Assembly (NCBI GenBank): GCA_045541375.1
Contig: JAZQJB010000042.1
Coordinates: forward strand, 981 to 64,980
DNA length: 64,000 nucleotides
From: Eubacteriales bacterium
Lineage (GTDB): Bacteria > Bacillota > Clostridia > Oscillospirales > CAG-272
Reading direction: 5' to 3'
In this document: in pieces, positions 51,133 through 60,001 of the stretch
Layout: every line of letters begins with the position of its first letter
Numbering within the stretch: the first letter of the stretch is position 1
Notes under the pieces: generated by a model
Databases searched by the model: none
Seen by the model: the letters and a program-made list of their open reading frames with translations, nothing else
What the model was told of the DNA's origin: nothing
Position numbers and translations under genes: made by a program

Positions 51133-52524
51133 TTATTCAAAAATTCTTGTGTTGGTTTGTACTATCCTTACCTTATAATTATAGTATTCCGCATTTATCG
51201 TGAGATAATAGCGGTATTCGGATAATTCTCCGTCTTTCAGGATCAGCTCGATCCTCGCCGATGTATTGATCGAATCAAGCGGATATCCGCCGATCAGATA
51301 GTAATATTTGTCTATTGAGGGACTTTCAATGTAAAGGGTATATTTGTTCGGGTCTTTATCGTCGGTGATAAAGCTTGAGATCGGTGCGCCCGCAAGATTA
51401 CCCGTGTCGATAATCGAGAGCAAAAAAATGTGTGCCTCATACTCGTTCATTTCTGTCTTATCGAGAAATGTTTTGCTCTCATCAATTTCTGAGCAAAGTA
51501 AGCCGTCGAGGTACCAATAATGATAGGTGACTTCGGGTGAGTTGGAATTTACGACGGTATAATCAAAAGAGGTTCCGTTTTCAGTTTCCGAAAAAACAAG
51601 TCGGTAGTCGGCTTTGAATACGGATGCGCCCATTCCGCTTTGAGTTACTGTGAGAACGTCGTTCATCGACAGTGAATATGAGTCGGATGCGAGCTTTTCG
51701 TTTATCTTATTCTGTAATTCACCAAGGAAGCGAAGGTCGGAAACTTCTTTGGATTTATAGAAATTGATCTTCGGCAGATCGTTTTTGTCGGCTTCGAGCA
51801 GCTTGACGGTGGTGACAGCAGATGCGTTTTTATCAAAAAGGAGGGTGAACTGCATTTCTTTCAGCTCGAGCTTTTTGGTAGCTTCGATTACAACTATCAG
51901 CCCATTGATTGATGTGTTCTGAAATCTGAAAACAGCGGGATCAAAATACGCCGAGGCGAGAAGGCTCAGCTCCTCGTCGGGAAAATCGGAGAATCCGACA
52001 AGCCACGAGCCATCCCTGTTTGCGTTGCAGGTTTGAGTCGCGGCACTTTTGAGCGCAGCGGTTATTTTTTCGTCAATAGCGGAGTTTTTGGTCAGATACG
52101 CGAAGTAATCCTCAGCCGTGATGTTTGAATACATCGAGGAAGTTGCCGAGTTTTGAACGTACATCTTGCCGTCGCGGAATCCCGAGCGGACGCGGACAGT
52201 CGTTGTGTAGGGCTCGGAATCAATGTAAGCGGTAGTTTCGGCGATGGTTTCAAGATGCACCGTCGGCGTTTCGGTGTTGAGATCGAAATAGTAGGAATCG
52301 TAAGTGATATTCACCTCTGCCTGCAAGCTTTCAATGGTGCCCGAAAGCTTTGTTTCGCGGCGCAAGAGGTAGGAGGAGCGGCTTACCTTGTTGACAGCGT
52401 CAAAGACCGCCGCCGCGCGGTCGCCCTCGTCAAGCTTCATTATCGCGCCGCGGTAAAAGCACGAGGTAAGAGAGGAGAGGATCAGAAATAAAACAAGGCA
52501 AAGAACAGTCAAGCGTTTTTTCAC
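51133..52524 (-). CDS. Hypothetical lipoprotein (paralog family)
   Basis: MKKRLTVLCLVLFLILSSLTSC lipobox. Similar layout to 49689..51116. Confidence 0.7.
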   Translation of the reverse strand: MKKRLTVLCLVLFLILSSLTSCFYRGAIMKLDEGDRAAAVFDAVNKVSRSSYLLRRETKLSGTIESLQAEVNITYDSYYFDLNTETPTVHLETIAETTAYIDSEPYTTTVRVRSGFRDGKMYVQNSATSSMYSNITAEDYFAYLTKNSAIDEKITAALKSAATQTCNANRDGSWLVGFSDFPDEELSLLASAYFDPAVFRFQNTSINGLIVVIEATKKLELKEMQFTLLFDKNASAVTTVKLLEADKNDLPKINFYKSKEVSDLRFLGELQNKINEKLASDSYSLSMNDVLTVTQSGMGASVFKADYRLVFSETENGTSFDYTVVNSNSPEVTYHYWYLDGLLCSEIDESKTFLDKTEMNEYEAHIFLLSIIDTGNLAGAPISSFITDDKDPNKYTLYIESPSIDKYYYLIGGYPLDSINTSARIELILKDGELSEYRYYLTINAEYYNYKVRIVQTNTRIFE

Positions 52525-52594
52525 GGTCGCACTCCTTTCACTTATTCAATATAATTATACCATACTTATATTGTCAAGTCAATCAAAACAAAAG

Positions 52595-52623
52595 AAAAAC
52601 CCGCGCTTTTGCGCGGGTTTTTC
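52595..52623 (-). terminator. Terminator after secG
   Basis: AAAAACCCGCGC-TTTT-GCGCGGGTTTTT. Confidence 0.8.
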
Positions 52624-52637
52624 TGTGCTCAGTTTGA

Positions 52638-52877
52638 TTATTCAACGATGAGGTACATTACAAGAACGATGATAGCGAAAGCTCCTGCAATGATGGGTGT
52701 AATCTTGTTGAGAAGCTTATCAAGGCGCGAGCTTCTGTCCTTGCCGAGGAAGGACTCGCCTGCTCCGGCAATAACGCCCATTCCCTTTTCGGTGGTGGAC
52801 TGAAGAAGAACAGCCACTACAAGGAAAACAGCGAACACGATGAGAATGATACCAAAGGTGATCTCAAGACCTGTCAT
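52638..52877 (-). CDS. secG: Preprotein translocase subunit SecG
   Basis: 79 aa, two TM segments, LLQSTTEKGMGVIAGAGESFLG pattern. AAGGAGG RBS. The ORF-track extension runs through tRNA-Ser. Confidence 0.85.
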   Translation of the reverse strand: MTGLEITFGIILIVFAVFLVVAVLLQSTTEKGMGVIAGAGESFLGKDRSSRLDKLLNKITPIIAGAFAIIVLVMYLIVE

Positions 52878-52930
52878 TGATGCAAACCTCCTTACAGAAT
52901 TATATTTGCGTCTCGGTAAAAACCAAAAAA

Positions 52931-53019
52931 TGGCGGAGAGAAAGGGATTCGAACCCTTGTGGGCGTGAGCCCAAACGGTTTTCAAGACCGCCTCGTTATG
53001 ACCACTTCGATATCTCTCC
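52931..53019 (-). tRNA. tRNA-Ser (anticodon UGA), long variable arm, CCA encoded
   Basis: Reverse complement reads GGAGAGATATCGAAGTGGTCATAACGAGGCGGTCTTGAAAACCGT...GGTTCGAATCCCTTTCTCTCCGCCA. Confidence 0.9.
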
Positions 53020-53136
53020 GTGCGGGAGGATCCGATACGCAAAAATGCATATTATATAATATCATACATTTTGGTATTTGTCAAGACTTATTTGTTAATT
53101 TATTTCGTTATAGTGGAAAAATGGGGTATTTTTTGG

Positions 53137-53165
53137 TTGACAAAGAATGAAGACTATGTTATAAT
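53137..53165 (+). promoter_or_regulatory. Perfect consensus promoter for rnpB
   Basis: TTGACA 53137-53142, N17, TATAAT 53160-53165. Confidence 0.8.
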
Positions 53166-53170
53166 ATGTA

Positions 53171-53525
53171 GGCAACTCTGCCGGACGGCCGCGCGGTATT
53201 GTGCCGAAAGGTATTACCGTGAGGAAAGTCCGGGCTTCGCAGGGCAGGATAGCTGATAACGTCAGCCGCAGGTGACTGCCGGGAAAGTGCAACAGAAATA
53301 AACCGCCCGCGCAAGCGGGTAAGGATGGAAAGGCGAGGTAAGAGCTCACCAGTTCCTATGGTAACATAGGTCCGCTGTAAACCCTATCCGAAGCAACACC
53401 GTATGGGAGTCGTTTGCCCGACACATACTCCCGGGTGGCACGGGGAAACCCCGGAGCTGTATGGCGACATACAGCAAAGACAGATGGTCGTCCACGACAG
53501 AACCCGGCTTACAGGCAGAGTTGCA
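53171..53525 (+). ncRNA. rnpB: RNase P RNA, bacterial type A-like
   Basis: GAGGAAAGTCCGGGC, ACAGAAATAAACCGCC, GGTAAGAGCTCACC and ACAGAACCCGGCTTA conserved blocks. P1 stem GGCAACTCTGCC/GGCAGAGTTGC. Perfect promoter at 53137..53165. Confidence 0.92.
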
Positions 53526-53552
53526 TATATTGAATAATAAGGAGAAAGATTT

Positions 53553-55202
53553 ATGAAAAGATTTTTCAGCCTGTTTTTGTGTTTCGCCCTTCTTTGTTCG
53601 ACAGGGGCGTTTGTTGTTTCCTGCGAAAAGGGCGGGGAAGAAACAACGGAATTAATTACCGAAGCCGAAATTACCGAGGCAGAGGCGCAACCATCGGCGC
53701 AGATCGCCCTCTCTGAGCTTGGAAACTTTGTGATTATCAGAAATGATGATGACTATTTGTTCCAATCTTCCGCAAAAAGACTTAAAACGGTGCTCAAATC
53801 GGATCTTTCGCTTGATCTTGACGTTAAGTCTGATTTCGTCACCGATGCCATTCCGGGATATGCGGAATCCGAGTTTGAGATACTCGTCGGAGCTTGCGAC
53901 CGCGAGGAGAGCCAAGAATTTGTTTCAGAACTTATGTATAACGATTACGGCTACGGTATGGTTGGCGGTAAGCTTGTTATCGCCGGCGCGACTGCGGCGG
54001 GAACCCTCAGGGCGATGGAGCATTTTATTGAAAACGTAACCCAAAAGCATGAAGGAGAAGTCTTTTTCGACAACGCTGCTCAAAGCTTTATATTCCGTGA
54101 CGAATATACCGAAGTCAGCATTGGCGGTACTCCGATATCCGAATATTCAATAGTCTGTCCTCGCGCAAAAAAGAACTCGGAGGATAATATTGCCAAGCTT
54201 CTGCGCACCGTTATCGCCGAAATGAGCGGGTACACCCTTGAAATCAAGAGCGATGCATCTGATCCCACGGGAAAAGAGATCAGAATCGGTATTACCTCGC
54301 GCGATACTGCGCCCGCAATCTCTGCGGATCAATTCTTCGTCGGTAACAGCACGAACGGTATTCTGCTCGCCGCAAACGATTCCGCAGGACTTCTTCACGC
54401 ATTTAACCTTTTTGTTTCCTTGTTGAAAGATACTCCCAATCTGACTCTTAAGGATACTGTCGCTTCTCCCGAAACGGGTGAAGAAACGGTTATCCTTGAT
54501 TACAACGTGTGGATGCATACGGCGGGTCAGGAGAGCAGGGTGAGGGCTGTATTGCAGACGATAGAGGAGATATCTCCCGATATAATGGGCTTGCAGGAAT
54601 GCACACACGAGTGGATGGCGTTCCTTACCGATAAGTTTTCCGCTGAATACGGTATTATCGGAGAGGGCAGAGACGGCACTCACACTTCGGAAGATCAGTT
54701 CAATCCGATCCTTTACCGCAAAGATAAATATACTTTGATAGACAGCGGCACTCGCTGGCTTTCGGAGACTCCCGAGATCAAATACACAAAGGTTCCCGAT
54801 TCGAGCTACGAGCGCATATTTACATTTGCCGTACTTGAGGAAAAAGCAACGGGCGTTCGGTTTGTCTTCATCAGTACCCACTTTGACCATATGGGAGGTC
54901 AAACCGATCAGGCAGCCTGTATGGCGGCGTATATAGAGCAGTTCCGCGATCTTCCTATGTTTATGTGCGGTGACTATAACGGCTCAGGCGTGGAAAAGAT
55001 AATGGACGGGCACGGCTATGTCAGCACCGAGAGGGTAGCGGCGGAAAGGGTCAATGCCGGCAATACTTATTCCGGCGGAAGCAAGATCGATTTCATCTTT
55101 ACCAACGGCAAGGGCGTTACCGTGACGCACTATGAAGTCAAGAACGACAACGAGTCCTCCGACCACTATCCCATAGTTGTGAAATATAAATTTGCAAAAT
55201 AA
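53553..55202 (+). CDS. Lipoprotein with a C-terminal endonuclease/exonuclease/phosphatase (EEP) domain
   Basis: Lipobox AFVVSC. EEP motifs DYNVW...GLQEC...SDHYPIV. Confidence 0.8.
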   Translation: MKRFFSLFLCFALLCSTGAFVVSCEKGGEETTELITEAEITEAEAQPSAQIALSELGNFVIIRNDDDYLFQSSAKRLKTVLKSDLSLDLDVKSDFVTDAIPGYAESEFEILVGACDREESQEFVSELMYNDYGYGMVGGKLVIAGATAAGTLRAMEHFIENVTQKHEGEVFFDNAAQSFIFRDEYTEVSIGGTPISEYSIVCPRAKKNSEDNIAKLLRTVIAEMSGYTLEIKSDASDPTGKEIRIGITSRDTAPAISADQFFVGNSTNGILLAANDSAGLLHAFNLFVSLLKDTPNLTLKDTVASPETGEETVILDYNVWMHTAGQESRVRAVLQTIEEISPDIMGLQECTHEWMAFLTDKFSAEYGIIGEGRDGTHTSEDQFNPILYRKDKYTLIDSGTRWLSETPEIKYTKVPDSSYERIFTFAVLEEKATGVRFVFISTHFDHMGGQTDQAACMAAYIEQFRDLPMFMCGDYNGSGVEKIMDGHGYVSTERVAAERVNAGNTYSGGSKIDFIFTNGKGVTVTHYEVKNDNESSDHYPIVVKYKFAK

Positions 55203-55217
55203 TGTAATTGCTTAACC

Positions 55218-55256
55218 AAAAACGACCGACTGACTTAAAACAGTCGGTCGTTTTTT
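55218..55256 (+). terminator. Terminator after the EEP lipoprotein gene
   Basis: AAAAACGACCGACTG-loop-CAGTCGGTCGTTTTTT. Confidence 0.85.
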
Positions 55257-55296
55257 GTAAATAATACGATATTTGAAATAAAAATGTAAAACAGGG

Positions 55297-55325
55297 TTGA
55301 CATTTGAACCGCTTTGTAGTATAAT
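55297..55325 (+). promoter_or_regulatory. Perfect consensus promoter preceding a short two-hairpin transcript
   Basis: TTGACA 55297-55302, N17, TATAAT 55320-55325. Confidence 0.7.
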
Positions 55326-55330
55326 ATCAA

Positions 55331-55397
55331 CGCTTCCTATTTATGGTATATATAAATAGGAAGAAAACATACTCATTTTGACGGGATGAGTATTTTT
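55331..55397 (+). ncRNA. Candidate small RNA (~65 nt, two hairpins, second is a terminator)
   Basis: Hairpin 1: CTTCCTATTTA (55333-55343) pairs with TAAATAGGAAG (55353-55363). Hairpin 2: ATACTCAT (55369-55376) pairs with ATGAGTAT (55386-55393), followed by TTTT. Confidence 0.35.
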
Positions 55398-55411
55398 ACT
55401 CAGTATTTAGG

Positions 55412-55440
55412 TTGACAAACCCGTCGAAATATAGTATAAT
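55412..55440 (+). promoter_or_regulatory. Perfect consensus promoter for the CaCA antiporter gene
   Basis: TTGACA 55412-55417, N17, TATAAT 55435-55440. Confidence 0.75.
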
Positions 55441-55486
55441 ATATAGGTTAGAAAAAACAAGCGATAATCGCGGAAAGCAGGTAAAA

Positions 55487-56479
55487 ATGAACATCTTTCT
55501 CGCCATCCTGGCACTCGTCGGCGGTTTCGTGCTCCTTATCAAGGGCGCAGATTGGTTCGTTGAGGGATCATCGAGCGTAGCAAAGCTTCTCAAGGTTCCC
55601 ACCATCATCATCGGTCTGACAGTTGTAGCTCTCGGCACCAGCCTCCCCGAGGCGTCGGTCTCGATCAGCTCGGCTCTTAAGGGCGCAAACTCGCTCGCGG
55701 TCAGCAACGTTGTCGGATCGAATATCTTCAACACTCTCGTCGTTCTCGGCGCGAGCGCACTTATGGTTCCCGTAAACGTACAACCGAACTCGGTAAAGAA
55801 GGAGATACCCTTCTCGATCCTTTGCACCTTCGCACTTCTCGGCTCGCTCATTCTCGGCGCAGATACTGCGGTTGCAGCAGAAGGCGGAGCAGAGATCACT
55901 ACATACACTCTCACCCGCATCGGCGGTCTTGTTCTCGTCGCGTTCTTTGCTTTCTATATGTATTGGCAGATCAGCTCCGCTCTCAAGGCTCGCAAGGCAG
56001 GCGAGCTTGAGGAGGAAGAGGAAGTCAAGACTATGAAGCCTCTGATCTCCCTCATCGCCATCGTCGGCGGTGTTGCCTGCATCATCCTTGGCGGTAACTT
56101 TGTCGTTGACGGTGCGTCGGCTATCGCGGCAAAGTTCGGTATGAGCGAAACTCTGATCGGTATGACCATAGTTGCCATCGGAACGTCCCTCCCCGAGCTT
56201 GTAACCTCGATGGTTGCGGCAAAGAAGGGCGAGAGCGATCTCGCACTCGGTAACGCTATCGGCTCTAACATCTTCAACATCGTATTCATCCTCGGCTTCA
56301 GCGCAGTCATCTCCCCGATGACCGTCAATATTCTTGCAGTTATTGACACCGTTGCAGTCATCGCTATCAGCGCGCTCGTTCTCGCATTCTCCGCAACCGG
56401 CAAGAAGATCTCGCGCACCGAGGGCGGAATTATGGTCGTTGCATATATCGCATACTTTGTTTATATGTTCTTGAGGTAA
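55487..56479 (+). CDS. Ca2+/Na+ antiporter (CaCA family, YrbG-like)
   Basis: Two alpha-repeats, GTSLPEASVS and GTSLPELVTS. Confidence 0.9.
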   Translation: MNIFLAILALVGGFVLLIKGADWFVEGSSSVAKLLKVPTIIIGLTVVALGTSLPEASVSISSALKGANSLAVSNVVGSNIFNTLVVLGASALMVPVNVQPNSVKKEIPFSILCTFALLGSLILGADTAVAAEGGAEITTYTLTRIGGLVLVAFFAFYMYWQISSALKARKAGELEEEEEVKTMKPLISLIAIVGGVACIILGGNFVVDGASAIAAKFGMSETLIGMTIVAIGTSLPELVTSMVAAKKGESDLALGNAIGSNIFNIVFILGFSAVISPMTVNILAVIDTVAVIAISALVLAFSATGKKISRTEGGIMVVAYIAYFVYMFLR

Positions 56480-56482
56480 AAA

Positions 56483-57394
56483 ATGGCATTTCAGCAGGTA
56501 AATTTAACCGATTGCAATATGACCGCAGTAGATGCGGTCGAGGATCGCGCTCCGAGCATTCTTCCGGCTGATAAAAAGTGGAAGCTCGTCTGGAACGATG
56601 AATTTGACGGCACCGCGCTTGACGAGAGTAAGTGGAATTACCGCCTCAATTTTTGGGGCTACCGCTCCCCCGCCTTCACGACAGAGGGCGTTGAGGTCAG
56701 TGACGGAACGCTCAAGATCAATCTTATCCGCAAGGGCGACGATTTCTGCTCCGCGCATCTGCAGACGGGCGGACTCACCTTTGACAATCCCCGCGACGAG
56801 ACCTCGCACAATTTCTGGTCCTTTGGTAAAAAAGATCCCGCGAAGTTTATGCATAAGTACGGCTATTACGAGATCAGATGCCGCCTTCCCAAGTGCGACG
56901 GTTGGCATTCTGCCTTTTGGCTTCAGGCTCCCGGTATCGGCTCACATCCCGACCCCGAGGTTGCGGGCGTTGAGTGCGATATTATGGAGAACTACCGTCA
57001 GTACAAGTACGGCACCATGATCTGCGGCAACGGCTGGGGCGGCTACGGCGCGGAAAGCGAATGGGCGGGTCATTTCGAATTTCCTCTCGAGGAGACCGAG
57101 GACGGCTGGCACCGCTACGCGGTCGATTGGACGCCCGAGGGTTATACCTTCTATGCCGACGGCAAGCTCGTTGGCAGACAGATGGCTCCCGAGTGCCCCG
57201 TTTCGCGCGTTGAGCAGTTCATCCTCGTTTCGACCGAATGCCACGGCTACAACCGCGTGTTCAAAAAGAGCGGTGAAGCCGGCGAGGCGACCGACAAGGG
57301 CTGCTGCGCAGGCGATCCCGTCCCCGAGCTCTTCGACGCGATCCTCCCCGACTTCTTCGAGGTCGATTACGTAAGAGTTTTTGATGCAATATAA
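56483..57394 (+). CDS. Glycoside hydrolase family 16 (beta-glucanase-like), no signal peptide
   Basis: WNDEFDG and ECDIME (ExDxxE) motifs. Confidence 0.85.
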   Translation: MAFQQVNLTDCNMTAVDAVEDRAPSILPADKKWKLVWNDEFDGTALDESKWNYRLNFWGYRSPAFTTEGVEVSDGTLKINLIRKGDDFCSAHLQTGGLTFDNPRDETSHNFWSFGKKDPAKFMHKYGYYEIRCRLPKCDGWHSAFWLQAPGIGSHPDPEVAGVECDIMENYRQYKYGTMICGNGWGGYGAESEWAGHFEFPLEETEDGWHRYAVDWTPEGYTFYADGKLVGRQMAPECPVSRVEQFILVSTECHGYNRVFKKSGEAGEATDKGCCAGDPVPELFDAILPDFFEVDYVRVFDAI

Positions 57395-57398
57395 AAAT

Positions 57399-57440
57399 GT
57401 CTCGGATATCCGATCAAAATCGGATATCCGAGATACTTTT
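57399..57440. terminator. Bidirectional terminator between the GH16 and GDPD genes
   Basis: GTCTCGGATATCCGAT-CAAA-ATCGGATATCCGAGAT followed by a T-run. Confidence 0.8.
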
Positions 57441-58204
57441 TATTTGTAAACCCTTCTTCCGATCTCGTCGAGATAGGCGATAAGATCGTGCGGGTCGTTG
57501 GCGGTGATGTTGGTGAACTCGAACTTCATGCAGCGCTCGGCAGCCTCGCGGGTGTCGGCGTGATAGCCCCAGGCTTCGATGCCCTTTTCGTCAAGCATCT
57601 TGACAAGAGCCTCGATGTCCTCGTCGGACATACTCATTGGCACGCCCATACCGTACATACGGTCGAGCACGCGGGGGTCGTATCTCTTCATCTTGACGGG
57701 AGGCTGACCCTGCGTTTTAACGTGCGGATAGTGATCCTGAACGTAGAGAAGTGTCTGCGCGTCGAAGCTTGCAATTACCGAGCGTTCAAGCAGACCGTAT
57801 TTTTCGAGCAGCTCGATGGCAACGTCAGCCACGCGGGGACGCTGCTCCTTGATCTCAACGTTGAGAACCATGTGCGCGGGAGCTTCGTCCCGAATGCATT
57901 CAAGCGCTTCCTCAAAGGTGGGCACGCGCTTGCCGGGGAATCCGAATTTAACGCCCGCGTCGAGAGCCTTTATTTCCTCAAGAGTCTTGAACCATACCGC
58001 GCCCCTGCCGTCGGTGGTGCGATCGACCATTTCGTCGTGCATAACGATCATAACGTCGTCGCGCGTGAGCTGAATATCAAATTCAAGCACGTCAACGCCG
58101 AGCTTGAACGCCTCGCGGAAGGATATAAGAGTGTTCTCGGGCATATAAGCCTTGCAGCCTCTGTGACCCGTTACACCGAGTTTTTCTTTGTTCTGATCCC
58201 ACAT
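57440..58204 (-). CDS. Glycerophosphodiester phosphodiesterase
   Basis: GHRG...ENT...LEFDIQLTRD...MHD GDPD motifs. Confidence 0.9.
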   Translation of the reverse strand: MWDQNKEKLGVTGHRGCKAYMPENTLISFREAFKLGVDVLEFDIQLTRDDVMIVMHDEMVDRTTDGRGAVWFKTLEEIKALDAGVKFGFPGKRVPTFEEALECIRDEAPAHMVLNVEIKEQRPRVADVAIELLEKYGLLERSVIASFDAQTLLYVQDHYPHVKTQGQPPVKMKRYDPRVLDRMYGMGVPMSMSDEDIEALVKMLDEKGIEAWGYHADTREAAERCMKFEFTNITANDPHDLIAYLDEIGRRVYK

Positions 58205-58242
58205 AGTGAAGTCCTCCTATAGCATAAGTACTGTTGAATTTT

Positions 58243-58485
58243 TTATTTTATTTCCTGCTCAAGAGCATTAAATTCCGGTGTATCAAAAAACTCTGCAAGC
58301 GTGATACCGAAACCGTCACAGATCATCTTAATCGTTACGATTCCGGGATTCAGACTTTTGCCGTAAAGAATATTTTTGAGCGAAGAAGGCGGAATTGCCG
58401 AAAGCGTAGCAAGGTTGTTGATCGTCATTCTTTTTTCATTACACAAATACAAAATTCGGTTTTTAACCGTTGTGTAAGTGTTCAT
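58243..58485 (-). CDS. XRE-family HTH transcriptional regulator, 80 aa
   Basis: HTH_XRE-like segment MTINNLATLSAIPPSSLKNILYG. GGAGG RBS. Confidence 0.85.
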   Translation of the reverse strand: MNTYTTVKNRILYLCNEKRMTINNLATLSAIPPSSLKNILYGKSLNPGIVTIKMICDGFGITLAEFFDTPEFNALEQEIK

Positions 58486-58530
58486 TGGCAGCCTCCAAGA
58501 ATTATTTGTATTAATTATAGCCTATTTCTC

Positions 58531-58559
58531 TTGACAAAGTAGGCTATATATGATACAAT
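58531..58559 (+). promoter_or_regulatory. Promoter TTGACA-N17-TACAAT pointing into a gene-less gap, antisense to the SGNH operon end
   Basis: Hexamers at 58531-58536 and 58554-58559. Its -35 overlaps a possible divergent -35 for the XRE gene. Confidence 0.5.
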
Positions 58560-58591
58560 ATAGTCTGTAAATAGCTCCTTTGCTGCGACAC

Positions 58592-58622
58592 AAAAACTGC
58601 CGACTCGATTTTGAGTCGGCAG
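58592..58622 (-). terminator. Terminator after the SGNH operon
   Basis: CTGCCGACTC/GAGTCGGCAG stem with a T-run on the minus strand. Confidence 0.8.
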
Positions 58623-58628
58623 TTAACT

Positions 58629-59426
58629 TTATGATATTAGATCGTGCTTGATCCCCGAATTGATGAATCCCACTTGCTTGAAGTCACGCGGATTATGGCG
58701 GACTATGTAGTCGATGTAGGAATCTATCAGTTCGGCGGTGAGGATGTAGCCTTCGGGGGTGAGGTGGCCGTGGAGGTAGAAGCGCTCGCGGAATTCGGCG
58801 CCGTAGTAGGGACCGTATTTGTAAAGGTCGATGACGTAGGAATTGTCGAAGACTTCGGTCAGCTTATAAAGCAGATCGATCATCTGCGCGGTGACTTCCT
58901 CGCGTTCGGGTTTGTTGGAGCGCGGGAAGGTGACGAAGAAGAATTTCGCCTCGGGGCTGATCTCCTTGTAACGGCTGATGATAGCGCCGTAGTAGCCCGC
59001 GAAGGTTTCGGTGTTGTTGTTATGCCAATCCGAAACGTCGATATCCTCGATCGTGCCGACGGGCATATGCTTGTTGTAGATGTCGTTGACACCGAGGGCA
59101 ATTACATACGCCTGAGCTGCCAGCTCGGGGTTCCAGAAGCCGCGGGACTCGGCAAAGGACTCGATATACTGCTTGCCCGTCATGCCGCCCTTGGAGAAAT
59201 TATAAGCCTTGAGGCCATTCTTGCGCGCGATATACTGACCCCACGAGTATTCGTAGAGGTCGTGGTAATGTGCCTTGCCCGCCTCGTCGCGGGTCTCGAA
59301 CTCGCCCGAGGAAAGGCTGTCGCCGATGAAGGCGATCGTTCTGAAAACGCTTGTGCGGCTGTAGCCGCAGACGAGTCTGTCAAGCGGCTGTTCGTTTTCG
59401 GGGTAGAGGTATTTGTTCCAATCCAT
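58629..59426 (-). CDS. SGNH/GDSL-family hydrolase (esterase)
   Basis: FIGDSLSSGE block I. AAGGAG RBS. Confidence 0.8.
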   Translation of the reverse strand: MDWNKYLYPENEQPLDRLVCGYSRTSVFRTIAFIGDSLSSGEFETRDEAGKAHYHDLYEYSWGQYIARKNGLKAYNFSKGGMTGKQYIESFAESRGFWNPELAAQAYVIALGVNDIYNKHMPVGTIEDIDVSDWHNNNTETFAGYYGAIISRYKEISPEAKFFFVTFPRSNKPEREEVTAQMIDLLYKLTEVFDNSYVIDLYKYGPYYGAEFRERFYLHGHLTPEGYILTAELIDSYIDYIVRHNPRDFKQVGFINSGIKHDLIS

Positions 59427-59437
59427 TTTATTTCTCC

Positions 59438-60001
59438 TTACTGCGGATTGATCAGACCGCTCAGCATCCATTTTTCGTTTTTGAGTTCAAGGATGACGAT
59501 ACAGCAGTTTGAGCATACGAAATTGGTTGTATTAATATTTGTGGAAAAAACTATCGAGAGCGCCATACGAAGCAATCCCGCGTGAGTGAATGCGGCAACG
59601 GTGTCGCAGTCGAGTGTTTTGACTTTCTCGAGAAATTCTGCGGCGCGGGCTCGGAATTCATCGTTGCTCTCGCCGCCGAATGCGGTGTAGCCGTTGACGA
59701 TCAGCTTTCTTTCCTCGGAATCGGCGGGCAGAAAAGGCTTGTGAGCGAGAGATCCGAGGTGTATCTCGCGCAAGAGCGGCGTGGTTTCGTAAACGCAACC
59801 CGGGATGGCAGTTTCTGCGGTCTTCATCGCACGGATGAGGTCACTTGAATAGATCTTGTCGAATTTGATCCCTTCAAGTGTCGGGCGGATGCCTTCGGCA
59901 TCTTCAATGCCCTTCGGAGTGAGATCAACCTGCGCCCAGCCGGTGTAATGACCCGAAAGGTTGGTCTCGCTTTGACCGTGTCTTATGAGATAAAGCTTCA
60001 T
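59438..60001 (-). CDS. Histidine phosphatase (phosphoglycerate mutase-like) family protein
   Basis: LIRHGQSETN catalytic RHG motif. Confidence 0.88.
   Translation of the reverse strand: MKLYLIRHGQSETNLSGHYTGWAQVDLTPKGIEDAEGIRPTLEGIKFDKIYSSDLIRAMKTAETAIPGCVYETTPLLREIHLGSLAHKPFLPADSEERKLIVNGYTAFGGESNDEFRARAAEFLEKVKTLDCDTVAAFTHAGLLRMALSIVFSTNINTTNFVCSNCCIVILELKNEKWMLSGLINPQ

Noticed and set aside
52878-53042. N-terminal extension of the secG ORF.
   Set aside because: The extension is the antisense or sense translation of tRNA-Ser. An AAGGAGG RBS precedes the ATG at 52877.
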